Source of the DNA: Marsupella aquatica
Taxonomy: Eukaryota > Plantae > Marchantiophyta
DNA length: 64,000 nt
Direction: 5' to 3'
Assembly (NCBI GenBank): GCA_973895155.1
Contig: OZ316892.1
Location: 20,585,619 to 20,649,618, forward strand
Below are positions 37,362 to 51,100 of this stretch, one piece after another. Positions within the stretch are counted from its first letter, which is position 1. Each line of letters opens with the position of its first letter. Below the pieces are notes generated by a model. It was given only the letters and a program-made list of their open reading frames with translations. It ran no database searches and had not been told where the DNA came from. The position numbers and the translations under genes were made by a program.

Positions 37362-38691
37362 GGCCGAAAGCAAAGCCTCGAGGTTCGGCTGATTCTCTTG
37401 CACAATCAGCCATTTCATTTTTTGTGGGCGAAAATCCGTCTAAACCTTATCTATGAAACGTTCTTGCGACTGAACCAAGTGCAAAACCAAGGCCATTGGC
37501 TACATACACGCACGCGGCTGTGTCTCATTCGCCAGATGTAAAACGATCTAACGGCTCTCTATATTCTTAGGGAGATCTGAGGGTAGTCAGACATTCAATA
37601 ATCACGAAAAGGGCTTTGTTGTAGGGGAAGGCAGTGCCCCCTAAGCCTCTCCTGCCTAAATAAGAAAAACCATGGGTGAAGGGTTCTGCTTTCACCTACC
37701 AAACTGGTGGTGATTGGTGAAGGGCTAACCTGACTGCTCTAGCTTTGCTCAGCTTCTCCACCTATTTCTTGGCTCCAATATTGGCCAGGGATGCCTTCTC
37801 CACCTGTTTCTTTGCTCGAATATTGGCTGACACCTCACAGTCTAGAGGCTTCACCCTAACTAGAACATAGGCTCCAAAGTGTAACTTTTGATTGCACATT
37901 ATTTGGGGGTCTCAAACCTCTAAATTTCACAGACCTTAACTTAGCAGGTTATGGACAGAAAAAGTGATGGACCACCAAATTCATGATCCATAATTTTCTG
38001 CCATGAAGATTGGTCATATGCCATGACCATGTCGAGACCATCGAGTGAAAAATGTTTTTACATATTCGTGTGAAATAGCTATAATGGCCATTTGTTTATG
38101 GACAACAGTCATCATCTGTAAGTGAGAAGCTTTGAGATGACATATTACTAAGATACCATCATGGATGAAGGGCAGACAGGCAAAGGTGAGTGGTATTGTA
38201 GACCCGTAATCAGGGGTCATCTCACTGTAATCGATGCAAGATGAACCTACTAGTAGAACCCTGCTCCTGCCACTAGGAGTGGGAGGTCCCCCCCTCTCAG
38301 TTTTGCTCCATGGGACCCAGTTGATATTGAGGGCATGTAGATGTATATGGATGGATAGATGAACCTATAAGTGGGAACCCTATCCCTGTCACTGTGAGTG
38401 GGAGGGGGAGTCAGCACCATTCTCTGCCTCTCACAGTTCAATCTTTGGGATGTAGCCCAATCCTGGGTCCCTGACCCAAATGCGTCAAAGGCAAACCGAT
38501 TAGGTTTCCTACACAGTTAGTACTGCCAAAATTGTACCAAAGAGTAGATTAGTACTACACAGAGGTTTTTAAATTTTTTGGGGAAATTAATTGGCCCAGA
38601 GCGGGGCCCAGAGCAAGCCCTATAACCAAGACAATGGACTTTGAAACTGAAAATTTCAACCCTCATCATGAGCTTAAGCTACACTATAAGC

Positions 38692-38866
38692 AAAAGTCTA
38701 ATCATCAAGTTGAATGGTTGCATTTTGTTTTTGCTGCTACCCATGGAACTTGCATTGAAATCTAGCTTTCACTCATAATTACAGCTAAAGTTCAATCCAA
38801 CTCCCAATAGCAGCAATAAATTGGGCAATAAAAAATGCAACCATTCAACTTGACAGTTAGACTCTT
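38692..38866. mobile_element. Small MITE-like fold-back element
   Basis: aaaagtctaatcatcaagttgaatggttgcatttt (38692-38726) vs aaaatgcaaccattcaacttgacagttagactctt (38832-38866): ~35-bp imperfect inverted repeat. Confidence 0.6.
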
Positions 38867-39027
38867 CCATAAATTGCCAATCATGATACCGACTCTCAAG
38901 AAGTCTCAAGAATAGCTCCTTTAATTTCAGGCATCCAAATTTAGATCTTCTATTTCACTTATTTATACAAATTGGCTGATATATATACAGTAGTTTGTTT
39001 GACTTCAGATAGTCAGATGTCATATCT

Positions 39028-39045
39028 TATATATATATATATATA
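39028..39045. repeat. (TA)n microsatellite
   Basis: tatatatatatatatata. Confidence 0.85.
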
Positions 39046-40285
39046 CAGCTTACAACAATGAATACAAATTTTTAATTTGTTATACACAAGACACATTTGC
39101 AGTCAACTTTAACTTAGTTTCCTTGTGAGCAATAGACTGAACAACTTGCACCATTTATTTTAGAGGCAGCCAGAGTAGTTTCCTCATATCTTGGTCAGCA
39201 GAATCCTCAATTTAGTTAAATAATCACGGAGCCTCAACGCTCAAGTTGAATGTGTTGTGCTTTTGTTTTTTGAATGCTGAACCTAGTATTGCTGTGGGAA
39301 TTTTGGGAGGGCAGACAGAAAACCGTAAATGTGGCTCAGGGAGAATTCAAAACTCTAGCGGGAGTTGATCTACTTCCAATAAACAAGCTCTCATTTCCTC
39401 TCATCCTTACATGTTATAAAACATTAATTTGCGAGGAAGTGGATGGAAGCAAATTATATGATGGTGGCTCTAATGTTGTTGTCTTTGTGAATCAACTAAG
39501 TATGTTTTCTTGATAGGTAATGGTGATAAAAGAATGCCTCACACACAGATGATACAGGTATATATCCTCATAGCCTTGGTAAGGTAAGCCCTTAACTCAA
39601 ACATCTGAAATTGTACGATAAGGCATCCAAGCATTGATCCAATCCAGAAACTTTAATCAACCTTTTACATGGGTTGTTTCCAAGGATACTTCTTCATGTG
39701 CCATTCAGCACATCCTTGGAAAACAAGGTACATCGTATTACCACACAGGAGCATACTTCCAAGAGTATCATGCAGGCAACCTCTCAATCAGCTATGATTG
39801 TAAAGAGCTACCTTCCCATGGTAGGTCAAGGGTTGTAATACTTGGCTAGGGCAAGTCAAAGGTTGCATAGGTTTGATTTTGCCATTTTGTGAGATTGTTT
39901 AGTCCAAAAGAATATATAAAATTTAGAAGACTTCTAATTTGGCTAGGTCTCAGCAAATTAAAGCATCACACTATTGCAGACCACTGTTGATTAATTACTG
40001 ACATGTTGTACCTTGATTGAATTACGTGAGAAGTCCAAAGGAGCCATTGGTACATAGCTCGATTGCAAAAGAGAGAGTGAAAGGCACTGAGTGTTAGAAA
40101 TTGACCAGAAGGTGAGAAAGTACAACACATTTAATATGCTATTTTGAGCACAAAGTCCTCCCGGAATACCAAGAACCTCTGGTTCACTTAGAAATCATAG
40201 TTGTTACCAGTCAAACCAGATGGATGGCCTTAACTGCGTACATATCCAGCAAAAATGACCAGATAATTGTAGTTGGGTCACTTTC

Positions 40286-40547
40286 CAGAGGTATAGATTG
40301 CAGGATTTCAAGGTGATATGGTAGCGCCAAACTGTGGGGAAATGGATCATCCAATGGAACTTCAAGTCACCAGGAATGGAAAAGATTACAGCAAAGAGAG
40401 GGGAAGAATCAGAGGTATGGATTGCAGAATTACAAGGTGATATCGTTAGCACGCAAATTGTAAAATTGTGGGAAAATAATGGATCAACCAGGGGAACCTT
40501 AAATCATCAGACATGGAAAAAATTACAGCAAAGAGAGAGGAAGAAAT
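40286..40547. repeat. Diverged tandem duplication (~125-135 bp x2)
   Basis: cagaggtat.gattgcag.att.caaggtgatat...atggaaaa.attacagcaaagagag at ~40286 and ~40410. Confidence 0.75.
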
Positions 40548-41733
40548 AAAAGCTGTTGAAAATGATCACAAGAATTCTCCTGGACCATGGTGCAGTAGGA
40601 TGGAGAAGGAGAGAAGGGAAATGCAACGATCAATTACACTAAGGAATTCATCGATCTTTGAAGAAAGAAGGAGATCTTGCCATGGACAAAAGCCAAGCAA
40701 GATCAAGAAATTGTATCAGAAACCTTCCCAAAAATCACAGCATGCACAAACTTGTGGAATGTCACCAGTGTGTGGAACATCATGTGATGACGCATCAACC
40801 TCTTTACCACCTTGGCCATTGGGCCTTGGTGGCACTGGACTTCCCATCCAATCATACAGGAATAGACTCATGACACAGTATACAAACCAGTATATGGCAA
40901 ATCAACAGAGTTTCGGTGTTTCTATTGGAAACATCTTGTGCACTCCCCCTATCATTTTATTGATGCCCAACATGGCTCCAAGAGCATCTCTCATGTCAAC
41001 TTCTTCCCCAACCCAACCTGCTTGTTCTAATCAAGATGCTCAATCAACTTCACGTGCTCCCCATATGCTACCCCAAAATTCGACAGTTCATGATAATGAA
41101 GCATTTACACCAAACCCTTCCAACAACAGAACTCATTATGTAACAACCCCCATTTCTCCTACTAGCTCATCATCTACAAACACAACTCCATCTGCTCCCC
41201 CTAGTCCTCCCCCTCCTCCTCTTCCCAAAGAAGCAATACTTTCTCCAATAGAAATTACTTTCTTACCAGGGCCATTTTATGAGGGAGGAAGACCTGCATC
41301 TTCCCCTTTAGGATCTACTCCCTCTCAAACACCTTCCTCAACAATAACCACTCCCACATCCGGACCTACAAATACTAGCTCACCTATTAGAAGCTCAACA
41401 AGCCCTTCTACACCCAGAAGGGTAAAAACTCCACTTCCTCAACCTCCCTCGGTTCCGGACCCTACAGAAGGTGACTCTTGTACTCTCTCCCAAAGCGGGC
41501 CCCATGATTACCTTCAAGAATTAGTTGCTCTATTTGTACCAAGTATTCCTACTCCAGAAAATCCTCCTTGTGTCGAGTTTGAAGAGCCACCTTTACATCT
41601 TGAGAATGAGATTCATTGCATTCCCCGTTCGGTATCATCAAACATCTTGATGCTGATAGGGCTAGCCTTGGGGTTGGCATCTGGCTATGGCATAGAATAC
41701 CTTGGAAGGGTATCGAAAAAGAGCTATTTTTAG
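40513..41733 (+). CDS. Pro/Ser/Thr-rich hypothetical ORF (406 aa) with a C-terminal hydrophobic segment
   Basis: Long intronless open frame; low complexity; ILMLIGLALGLASGYG near the end; no recognisable domain; may be TE-derived. Confidence 0.35.
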   Translation: MEKITAKREEEIKAVENDHKNSPGPWCSRMEKERREMQRSITLRNSSIFEERRRSCHGQKPSKIKKLYQKPSQKSQHAQTCGMSPVCGTSCDDASTSLPPWPLGLGGTGLPIQSYRNRLMTQYTNQYMANQQSFGVSIGNILCTPPIILLMPNMAPRASLMSTSSPTQPACSNQDAQSTSRAPHMLPQNSTVHDNEAFTPNPSNNRTHYVTTPISPTSSSSTNTTPSAPPSPPPPPLPKEAILSPIEITFLPGPFYEGGRPASSPLGSTPSQTPSSTITTPTSGPTNTSSPIRSSTSPSTPRRVKTPLPQPPSVPDPTEGDSCTLSQSGPHDYLQELVALFVPSIPTPENPPCVEFEEPPLHLENEIHCIPRSVSSNILMLIGLALGLASGYGIEYLGRVSKKSYF

Positions 41734-42767
41734 GCTTTTTCATATCCTGTCTCATGGGTCCATTCAAAGAAATCTTAAATCCTATCCTTGAAGTTCTCTT
41801 CTTTGCTAAGGATGGATTTATCAATGACAACAATCTGTAATCATGTAAATATACTCCACAAATTTCTTGTCAAATAACTGCTCTGATTGAACTCCTCCTA
41901 TCATAATTATCAAGACTACTTATGAGGTTACATGTTGTTCAACAATCTTCAGACAGTGCTTCTAGTTTTTGCGCCCCACATGCATACAAGGAGAAGAAGC
42001 AAGTTTGTCTTCATGTTGGACATGGTTATAATGGACCTTCAGTGACCTAGAAAGAGACTCAAATGTTATTCCTCGGAAAGATCCCAATATTTTTTATGGT
42101 GTTGATATGGAGTGCGCAAAAGCTTCAATTGCAATGATTTCTGTTTACATTCTTTACATTCTTTACAAAGTAGATTACTTTCTATTGGCTCCAGGCTCCC
42201 AGGTTGTCTCCTGCTTCACACGTTGGCTACTTAAATTTCTTGTATTCGAATAGCCAGCGCCAGTCTGTGGGGGGTTGGGGGATTCGGGTTATATTCAAAT
42301 AATGCACCTTGGGCTTTATATTTGAGTTTTCTTTAGGAAAGGATAGGGCTATTCAAAGAGTAAAGCCGATATTCGAACTTGGGGCTTCCTTATTGCAATA
42401 GCACTTTCACTGAACCTTGAGAATTGGATATCGATTTTCTGAAGCATTAAACCTTTATTTAATCGTAGTGCCGAAATTAGAACACAAGGCCAGGCTCTCG
42501 AATAGAAAGGGCATCGTCTTCTAACCAAAACCAACTTTTTCTCAAAACGTCCATTTTGGGGGGACTTGGAAACACAAAGGCCGGGCCTTCGTTTCGGTGG
42601 AAGTCAGTAGTCCCATAAATTGAGTTTTACATATGAGGCTACCTTATTTCTATCCGATTTCCGACAAAACTCCTGAATCCTTCGTAACATTTGGATTCTG
42701 GAAAGTACAAATGTGAGTTCTCCACTCTTCTCCACTCTACAGATGTGAACGATCTTCCAAGAAATTT

Positions 42768-45700
42768 CTATGCTTTGATGTGTCGCTGGACTTTGATGGG
42801 ATAACCTCCCTTGGGCAAAGGGAACGGCTTGAACTCTGCTCCCGTATCAGGCTGGGCGCTCGTCCATCTGCACCAACAGAAATCAACGGTTCATACTGTT
42901 AATTCCATTTAAAGCATAGCATACCTTGGCTCATGCATCTCACAAACTAGTAAAGGTGAAGTATTAAACATCATTTAAGCTCTGGACACAATGATGACAA
43001 CAGTATCTGAAGAGACTACAGTAATACAAACATTCTGCTGGCGGAGAGAAAGTGAAGATCTAATATTTTCGTAGTTCTAAATGTCCGCACGAAAAGGACT
43101 GTTACTTGGCATTTATGCGACTTTGTTGTATCAAGCTTACGCATCACCCACCTAAATTTTGTGGTGAAATGATGCATGAAAGTGAACATATTCAGCTTCG
43201 CAAGTTCGTTTCCTGGACAGACGTGATTTCCCCCGGCGAATGGGAGATACGTTCCTGGTCTAGGAGCGACCTGCATCACCCAGATCACAATACATGAGTT
43301 GATCACCAGGTCCAGCTTGCTGTTCGTCAAAAAGCTCACCTGACAAGACTCATTTTCGCACATTTTCGTTAAGTGCACGTGAGTGCAAAACAAAACTTGC
43401 TCTCATTACCTTGAAGCGAGAGGGGTCAAAAGCTGTGGGTGAAGGGTAAATTGCAGGATCCAGATGGATGCAAGTAGTCATGACGAAAACTCTCCATCCC
43501 TTGGGAATGAGATAACCTGAAAACGTAAACAGCAATTTTTCTTAGATCTCATTTGCACACTGCACTTTAAGGTTCCTGGAACAGTCAGCTTTCGTCTTCT
43601 TGCTCGTCAAACGATTCAAAAAAAGCCGTGAAGCCCTTTAGGTCACAGAAGCTGCACCTTTATACTCTACATCTTGCGTTGCGGCTCGACTGGTGAATTG
43701 TAAAATTGTTGGATATCTCAGTGTTTCTTGAATAACCTGCAGTGACAAATAAAATTGTATCCTTAACTTCCTGTATCAATATGAAAGCATGATTACATTC
43801 ACGGACAAATGCATGAACAAGGGAACTTACAAACCTGCATCGAGACTAACAACCGGAAAAATTGAAGGTTAACCTCAGAATCAGCAAAGTTTGGCGTTCT
43901 ATCCAACCTCTGGCTACTTGAAGTTTTCAAGCGACAAATTCTCCCATTTCTCGTGTATCTTGATATCCACACATGTAAGGGACTCACTCACCTGATGTGT
44001 AAAGGGCATTTTTCGAGTGTCTTCCCAAGTCAGAGGCTTGCCTGGTTCTTTCAGTCTCACGATTTCCTCTTGCTCAGCCTGGTTAACAATACGAAGAGCA
44101 CCGAGTGAGTCAACGCAATCCAAACAATTGATCATGTTACAAGCTGTACACACAACAGCAAGGTAGTGACGGAAGTATCCTTGATAATCCTCGGTAAAGT
44201 GAATAGCTGGTCCAAATTGAAGTCACTTTGAAAAGTCACCTTGACGACCCTTGAAAGATAAAAACTTTCCCCTTTTGTGTGTCCTCAAATACTCTAAATT
44301 TGTTCCACAAGACCATCCTCTCCCAGTCATTTCTATCCGAAACATGTACATCGACAAGCCATACAGGACTTCAATCAAACAGAAAAAGTCAGCTGGAGAG
44401 GAACGGAAAAATAAGAAATCCTGGAAGGTCGGGCGTGTCTGTGGAATGGCCCGGTACCCACCACTACAGCTTTCCACATGTCAGGATTCTCAGTAAGAAA
44501 CTTGATAATCCACGTCAGTGAAGTGGCGGTCGTATCATGTGCTCCAAATAAAGTCCCAATCAGAACATCTATAATTTCGTCGTTCTCCAGTTTGTTGCCG
44601 TTCTCGTCTACGGCAACCACCAGTGCTCGCAATACGCTATTACACGGTTTGCCCTCTTCTGCATCTTTCCTACTTTTGGCAATTAATGTGTCCAAATACT
44701 TGCATGCTCGCTGCTTGCTCTGCCAGACAGGTCATTTGGAACTATCAAATTGATCGCCCCTATTGAACTTCAAGCAGATTATGTCATACATCATTACTTT
44801 GTTCAATCCAATAAATAATTAGATCTGATTACTTCTACACTTGATGACAATGAGGGGACCAAACGCAGCATCCATTCACGGACGTCTATATCATTCTCAA
44901 CTATGAGCAGCGGTCTACACAAGCTTCAACAACGTGATCTACCTCACTGAACATGTAGCTGTCCGTGAAAAAGGAAGCTGCATACCTGCAAAGCTTTATA
45001 CCAAGTGAAGCCCGGGAGATTGATAGGGATGGCATAGAAGGCTTTCGAAAGTGCTCGATATGCATCGACGAGAATTTGTGCTTCAGCTGACCCACGAATA
45101 TCGGGGATCCCAAATATGAAATAGACAGCCACAGTAAGAGTGAACTGCGGACAAATGCGGGTTGTCAGACAGCAACGAGTGCTACCTTTCTAAAGTAATT
45201 TCGACTCCATATTCAGCAGCAACGAAATCGATTGATTCCAAATCACCTTGGAAATACTTTCTAATGGTCACAATACGAAACGAAACATCTTTTTCTCCCT
45301 TTACTAGTTCTGACATGTACGACAAAGCCAATAAAATGTTCGTCGCTTTTGTATCTGTTACGACAAGCATTCAAGGAAGAGATGATGTCTCTCGATGGTC
45401 AGTCCCATTCCAGCATTCACTTGCCAACAAAGAAGTAATGCAGTGATCTCAAATTTGCGCTCATGACTTGATAGTGATTCTGAGTGTGGAAAATTCAAGG
45501 ATCTTGCACTCACCTCCTTCGTCTCTGCTGCTGTCTGAACTATTCTTCCATCCCAAGACTTCAGAGTGTCTAGCACAAAGTCTTCCAAACGGCCCACTTC
45601 ACGCCTTAGAGTTTCTGGAAGAAGAGCACTGTGTACTATTCTCTTCAGAAAGGGGTGCCGCGCAGGGTCGCAATTGGAAAGAGATTTTTTCCCGATAAGA

Positions 45701-46574
45701 GTTGCAATGTTTCGCGGATAGCTTGCTCGGAACAGACTCTTTTCAGAATACACGAACTTTGCCATATCCGGAGATGTGACTACAATCGAGGGTACTCCAG
45801 CTATATGAGATCTGAAGACAGGTCCATACCTGCAATCCATTTAATTGCAAAAACTTTCAGAATTTATCACACCTTAGCCCAGCTGACATTCGAATGACTG
45901 AAACTGATGATTTCTAAAGTGAAGGCTCTTACGGCAACAAGCCATTTGGGGATTCGTCCTCCAATCTCTTTGCTTCAATTTGAGAGTATCGTAATTTAGT
46001 GTTAGAGCTGGAAGGTGCACTCTCTCTAGACCCACTATCACAGGGTGGGAGAAAAGGAGTAAACTTCCCTGGTCGAAGGGACGGGAATTGTTCGGCAGCC
46101 ACAGCCCAAATTTCTGGAGAAATATTTGCCGACCTATTGACTTGAAATAGTGCGAAAAATGAATGAGCTACTTCACAATGACTTCAGTGAATTCATCCAT
46201 TCCTTGCGTCCATACGTTCATTCATTCATCGGTCTGTCGGAATGAAAGAAGTAAAGAGTTAATGTGCAACGATGGTCTTACTTCTTCACGCGAGGCGTAG
46301 CGAACTCGACAGGATCGGCATTCGCAAAAGCCAGCGTTTCTCCGATCAGGGGCCACCCCTTGGACCCTCTGGGAATTTTAGCCTTCGAGTTCCCGTAAAT
46401 GCGTTGCCGCAGCGCACGATTCAGGACCACCCATAAGAGAAGGAGAACAGCGGCTCCCAGCACGATTGCCACCGCCACAGGATCCTCCATTCCGTCCCAC
46501 ATCTTCACGTGATCCCCGCACCACGAGACGATACGTTTCACAGCCGAGACCGGGCAACTAAATCCCCCAGACAT
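42768..46574 (-). CDS. Cytochrome P450, CYP85 clan, CYP707 (ABA 8'-hydroxylase)-like
   Basis: Multi-exon gene: TM anchor and PRGSKGWPLIGETL, YGPVFRSHI, I-helix GAHDTTA, ExxR (QETLR), YLIPKGW, FDPSRF, heme motif PFAGGNHVCPGNELAK; stop TAG at 42770-42768. Confidence 0.92.
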
Positions 46575-47573
46575 CACGATTCACCCGAGCAAGCCAACGA
46601 ACTTGCTATCAAAATCTTAGAAGTGAATATCCAAAACCCAAACCGAGCTGCCGGGTGGCAAAAAAACCGTCGAATTGTTGCTCTGGATTCGTAAGCGAAA
46701 GCAAAACCTCAATTGCTGGTTGCCGCTACCTGCTCCTACATCGCAATGCTAGGCACATGAAGAGATTCAGAACCATTAAGCTTTCCCAAAACGTTTATAT
46801 AACAATTTCACAGCTCCGGTGTGCCTGTGCAGAAGGAAGGATGACCACGACGACGACCACGCATTCGAAGACCCAACCGATGATGATTGGAAAGGCCAAG
46901 GCCTTAATTAATAACGCACACCCGCTGGACATTCTGCGAGGCCGCCCGTACTGACGATCGGTACTCAGCAGCGACTCGCCATCTATCCGTCTCCATACTC
47001 AATCAATTAACCAATGAAACGACTGTCGCAGCAGCAGCAGCTAGACTAAAACAGCCAGATAAGAAATGCTCCACCCGTACACTCCAATTCGTGACCATGC
47101 CTCTTTCGTCTCAGCGGCACCGTGACTCCGTCGGCACAATCATGACACACTGGATCGCAAGTCGCGACAGCCTCGACTAGTAGTAGCAACAAGAGTAGGA
47201 TGAGGATGAATTGTACCTGAAACAATCGAGCTGGTCTCGAGATCACTTTCCTGAGCATCAACCATACGACAAATTCGATCGCAAGTACTCAAGTAGAGAC
47301 AGCCTCGAGTCCTCGACTACCACCGTAGCAGCAAAACAAATTGGAGTGATGGCGGCATGAGGATGAATTGTACCTGAAATAGTCTCTCGCCCGAGCAGTC
47401 TCTCCAATCAGAGCAGGTATCCCGTACTCGAGCGAGAGCGAGAGCGAGCCAGAGGTGACCTCACGGACAGAGAGTATTGACGGCCGAATCGACAAGGCAG
47501 CAATTAATAAAATAATAGTGACAAACCCGACTTTATCTCGACTTTAAATACCTGATGGGCCCCGTCGGGCTCG

Positions 47574-48160
47574 GGAAGGATTTGAAAGGGACTTTCTGGG
47601 CCCCACTTCGCTGCAGCCTGCCCCTCCGCTTTGCGACCCCCGTACCTGCAGCCTCGAGAAGGCTTGGACTGAATAGGTACAGTGGTGCCCGCCCCTCCCC
47701 TTTGTGACCTCCCTTACGTGCAGCCACGCGAAGGCTTCGCGTGAATAGGTGCAGCGTTGCCCGCACCTCCCTTTTGCGACTGCTTTGTGACTACTCCTTT
47801 GGCACCTGCGGGAAGGCTCCGACTGAAGAGGTACAAGTTCCTGTCCCCTACTCTTTTGCGATGCCAGTAGTAGTAGTAACGTGCAGCTGCGGGAAGGCTT
47901 CGACTGACTAGGTACACGGCCCGACCCTCTGCTTTGTGAGCCCGGTACGGAGCCGCGCGACGGCTACGCGTGAATAGGTACAAAGTGCCCGTACTTCCCC
48001 TTTGCCAGTGAGGTACTTGCAAGTACGCGACTGAGTAGGTACATGTGTCTCCCCCTCCCCTTTGCGCGGAATTGCGGAAAGGATTGGAGTGAATAGGTAC
48101 AAGTGCCAACCTCGGAATGAGCCGCGGGAAGGCTTCGCTGAATAGGTACCGGTGTGCCAT
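47574..48160. repeat. Array of ~8 degenerate GC-rich 50-80 bp units
   Basis: Core gaaggcttcg..tgaataggtaca..gtgccc..cccctttg recurs at ~47658, 47730, 47812, 47893, 47960, 48021, 48079 and 48128. Confidence 0.75.
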
Positions 48161-51100
48161 TCCACACATGCGCCGCGACAAGGATTTTCGAGAGAATTTT
48201 TCAAGATTTTGTTTTTTTTCAGGATGAGGAATGTCTTGGAGGATGAGTAGATGCTGAGAAGATTTTTTATATAATTTCTATTTTTATTACGCTATCGTAG
48301 TTTGAGACCGTTAGATCTTACTCGATTTAAGGTGATATTCTTTCTCGCCAGGTTGACGAATGTCGGGGAAAATAAGACGATGCTAGAATTATTATTATTT
48401 TATTTATAAATTTTGTTAGATTAATTTCGAGAAGATCTCCCTAGATTCCAGGTTATTTTTCTATTTGGCCAAGGTGAGGAATGTACTGGAGAATAGAAAT
48501 GCTAAAACTATTCCTCGTGTTTGTTTCTTAGACTATTTTTTTATGACTTACACTCCCGTATAGGGTTGCTCCAACCTTAACCAATCTCCCAAATGGTTAT
48601 AAAATTCTCTTAAGACTATCTTATATACATAAATGAAAAACAAATTGCAAGTACTTAAAAGTGTGAAGATTCTCATAAAAAGGTTAAATACTTTGTTGAG
48701 AAGAATAACTAATCGTTCATTTTTAGAGGTGGATTTTAGTGTAACCTCTTTGAAGCAAGAATAAATTAATTTTGGATGACTTGGTACTTGTGACTTATTG
48801 CTTATTCCTTTACCAAGTAATGGCTCACTTCTATCCCACATGCCATATTTCTAGTAGACATGATAGCTTCTAATTAAACTATTGTGAATATATTTTGTTC
48901 ATTTGGAAAATAAATATATATGTAAAGGGGGGGGTTCTCTATCAAGAAAATTACAAATTTTTCAAAAAAATACAACATTACAAACATTAAGATGGGGTAC
49001 AAACAATTCCAAAGTCCAAAAGTACAAAGGATGCACCTTGTCTAGAACAAATCAAAACAAAAATACATCTCAAAAATCTCAATAATACAAAGTAACCTGA
49101 GTAGGGTCCTTAACAAGGTAACACCAAAAAAGGCTCCCTACTATAGCATTCAGATAGATTGAGTCTAATGGGATTTGAGCAACAAGTTAATGGAAACACA
49201 CAAAGCCTTGTTATAAAGTTAGTTGATTGTACTGTTTTTTTCTGGCAAACCCTCCTGCACCTTGGATTTGATCCTGGCGGATGGCCTGGATTTTTCACAA
49301 ATTTCCCTTACTTACCACTACCGATGATGGAAAGCTTCCCTCACTAATGTGCAGGAAAGTCAAGCAAAAGACAGTCCTTGGAGTTTGGTGATTTAGTGAG
49401 TTGTTTTGAAGTCTAACTTTCTTACTACTACTCAGAATCTGGCCTTCTTGATACCTTGGAAAGCTCTTGGCAAGGCAATGAATATTGTATGAAATGTAGC
49501 CCAAATGGTAATTTTTTTAGAAAGTTAGCCATGCTAAGGTTTTTACATTTTTCTTCAAGTTTCCTGCGCATTTGGTGATTGTGCGAGTTAAGTGATTTTG
49601 CAAATCATTTTGGCTCGTAACTTTCTTCATCCTACTCTGCTTTTGGACTTCTTGATGGCTTTGGAAAACTCTTGGCAAGGTGGTGAACATCAATCCAAAT
49701 TCTGGTGATTTTTTGAGGTGTTTTGGCTCATAACTTTCTTTATCCCGCTCAGATTCTGGCCTTCTTGACGTCTCTGGAAAGCTCTTGGCATGCAATAAAG
49801 CTTCATCCTAATTTCGACCCAAATGGTCAACTTCTGAGAAAATCCCCCCCCCCCATTTTGGTCTTGATGTTTTCCTTCAAGCTTCATGCAAAGTTTGGAT
49901 GCACCCTCTTTTAACCAGTTGCAAGCCCTATCCACATCACTTTTGCCTGATCTTCAATTTTTCTCAACTGATTTAATTATTTGGCTCTTCTCATGTCTAG
50001 CAACATTGATACTCATAGTTGCCCAGATGGTCTAGTATCCACAATAGCCCCTCCACGGACGCCCGTGCTTTCCCACTAAGTCTTATTCGTCACTACCTAA
50101 CCGCCTTGCCTCCAGGACATGTTCATGGCCCAAATAAACTAGCTCGTCCTATTTAAACGTCAGGACGGTCAGTTTGGCCTCAACTATAGCAACCATCTCC
50201 AAGGTTCCAACTCATTTGAGAGTCTTGGGGCCAAATGCACTTGGACCTTGACACCCATGCCTACACTGCATTGTCTCCCCAATGCAAGTTCCCGCGAGAA
50301 ACTAAACATAACTTGGCTGCTATTTTGGCAGGATTTGGCAAGTACGTGAGCAAGAAAGTCTTCGCAAACCTCAAGATGCAAAGGCGTCCCTAGATTGACC
50401 TAGTTGAGCTCAAGATGATATAATCCTCCTCAAGATCTTTCCAACACATCCAAGAAGTTTGTAAGAAGAGGAGTTATTGTAATTTCCATTTAACGTTTCT
50501 TTTTAGTGTCTTGACCACCGCGACTCACCATTGGGGCTCGCCCTTGGCCCCCAGAGAGACACCACTACTCTCATATATGCTTCTAGAGGCCCCGCTAGAG
50601 GCCTGTCACTCCGAACCACTTTTGGTCTCCTATAGTTGGACCGGTCCTCAACCTGGACTCCAACCCGATCGTATGGACACATAACTAACTTGCTATGCCC
50701 ATAACTTTCTAGCTAGACGTCCGTAAGTGAAGTGCCTTAGCTTGTTATTGGGCCAACCCAGTGCTCATGCCAAGGTCCTCAAAACCTACAGTCTGAGGTC
50801 TCAAATGGACACACGAGCATCACATCGTATCTCATGTGCCATACGTTTGTTGCGCATGAAGTAAACTTTCTAAGGCTTGGGCCCAAGAGGAGCTCTCACT
50901 CGAGCCCTTAGAACTTAAAGTTTGTCCAGGGGTCCGAAAGGTCCATCCTAAGTTTAGCCCTTCCCATGACCCAATTAGCTCATGTGCTAGTCTAAGCCCT
51001 TAGTATGCATCACTAGCTTAGTGCAATGTTTTGTTGCCCACTAGTCTCCCCATACTCAGTCCCCATTGGATGGCCGTTCTAGGGGCCTCGACTATAAAGG

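Noticed and set aside
49300-51100. LTR-like region with short internal duplications
   Set aside because: No paired LTR, PBS or PPT could be identified by eye
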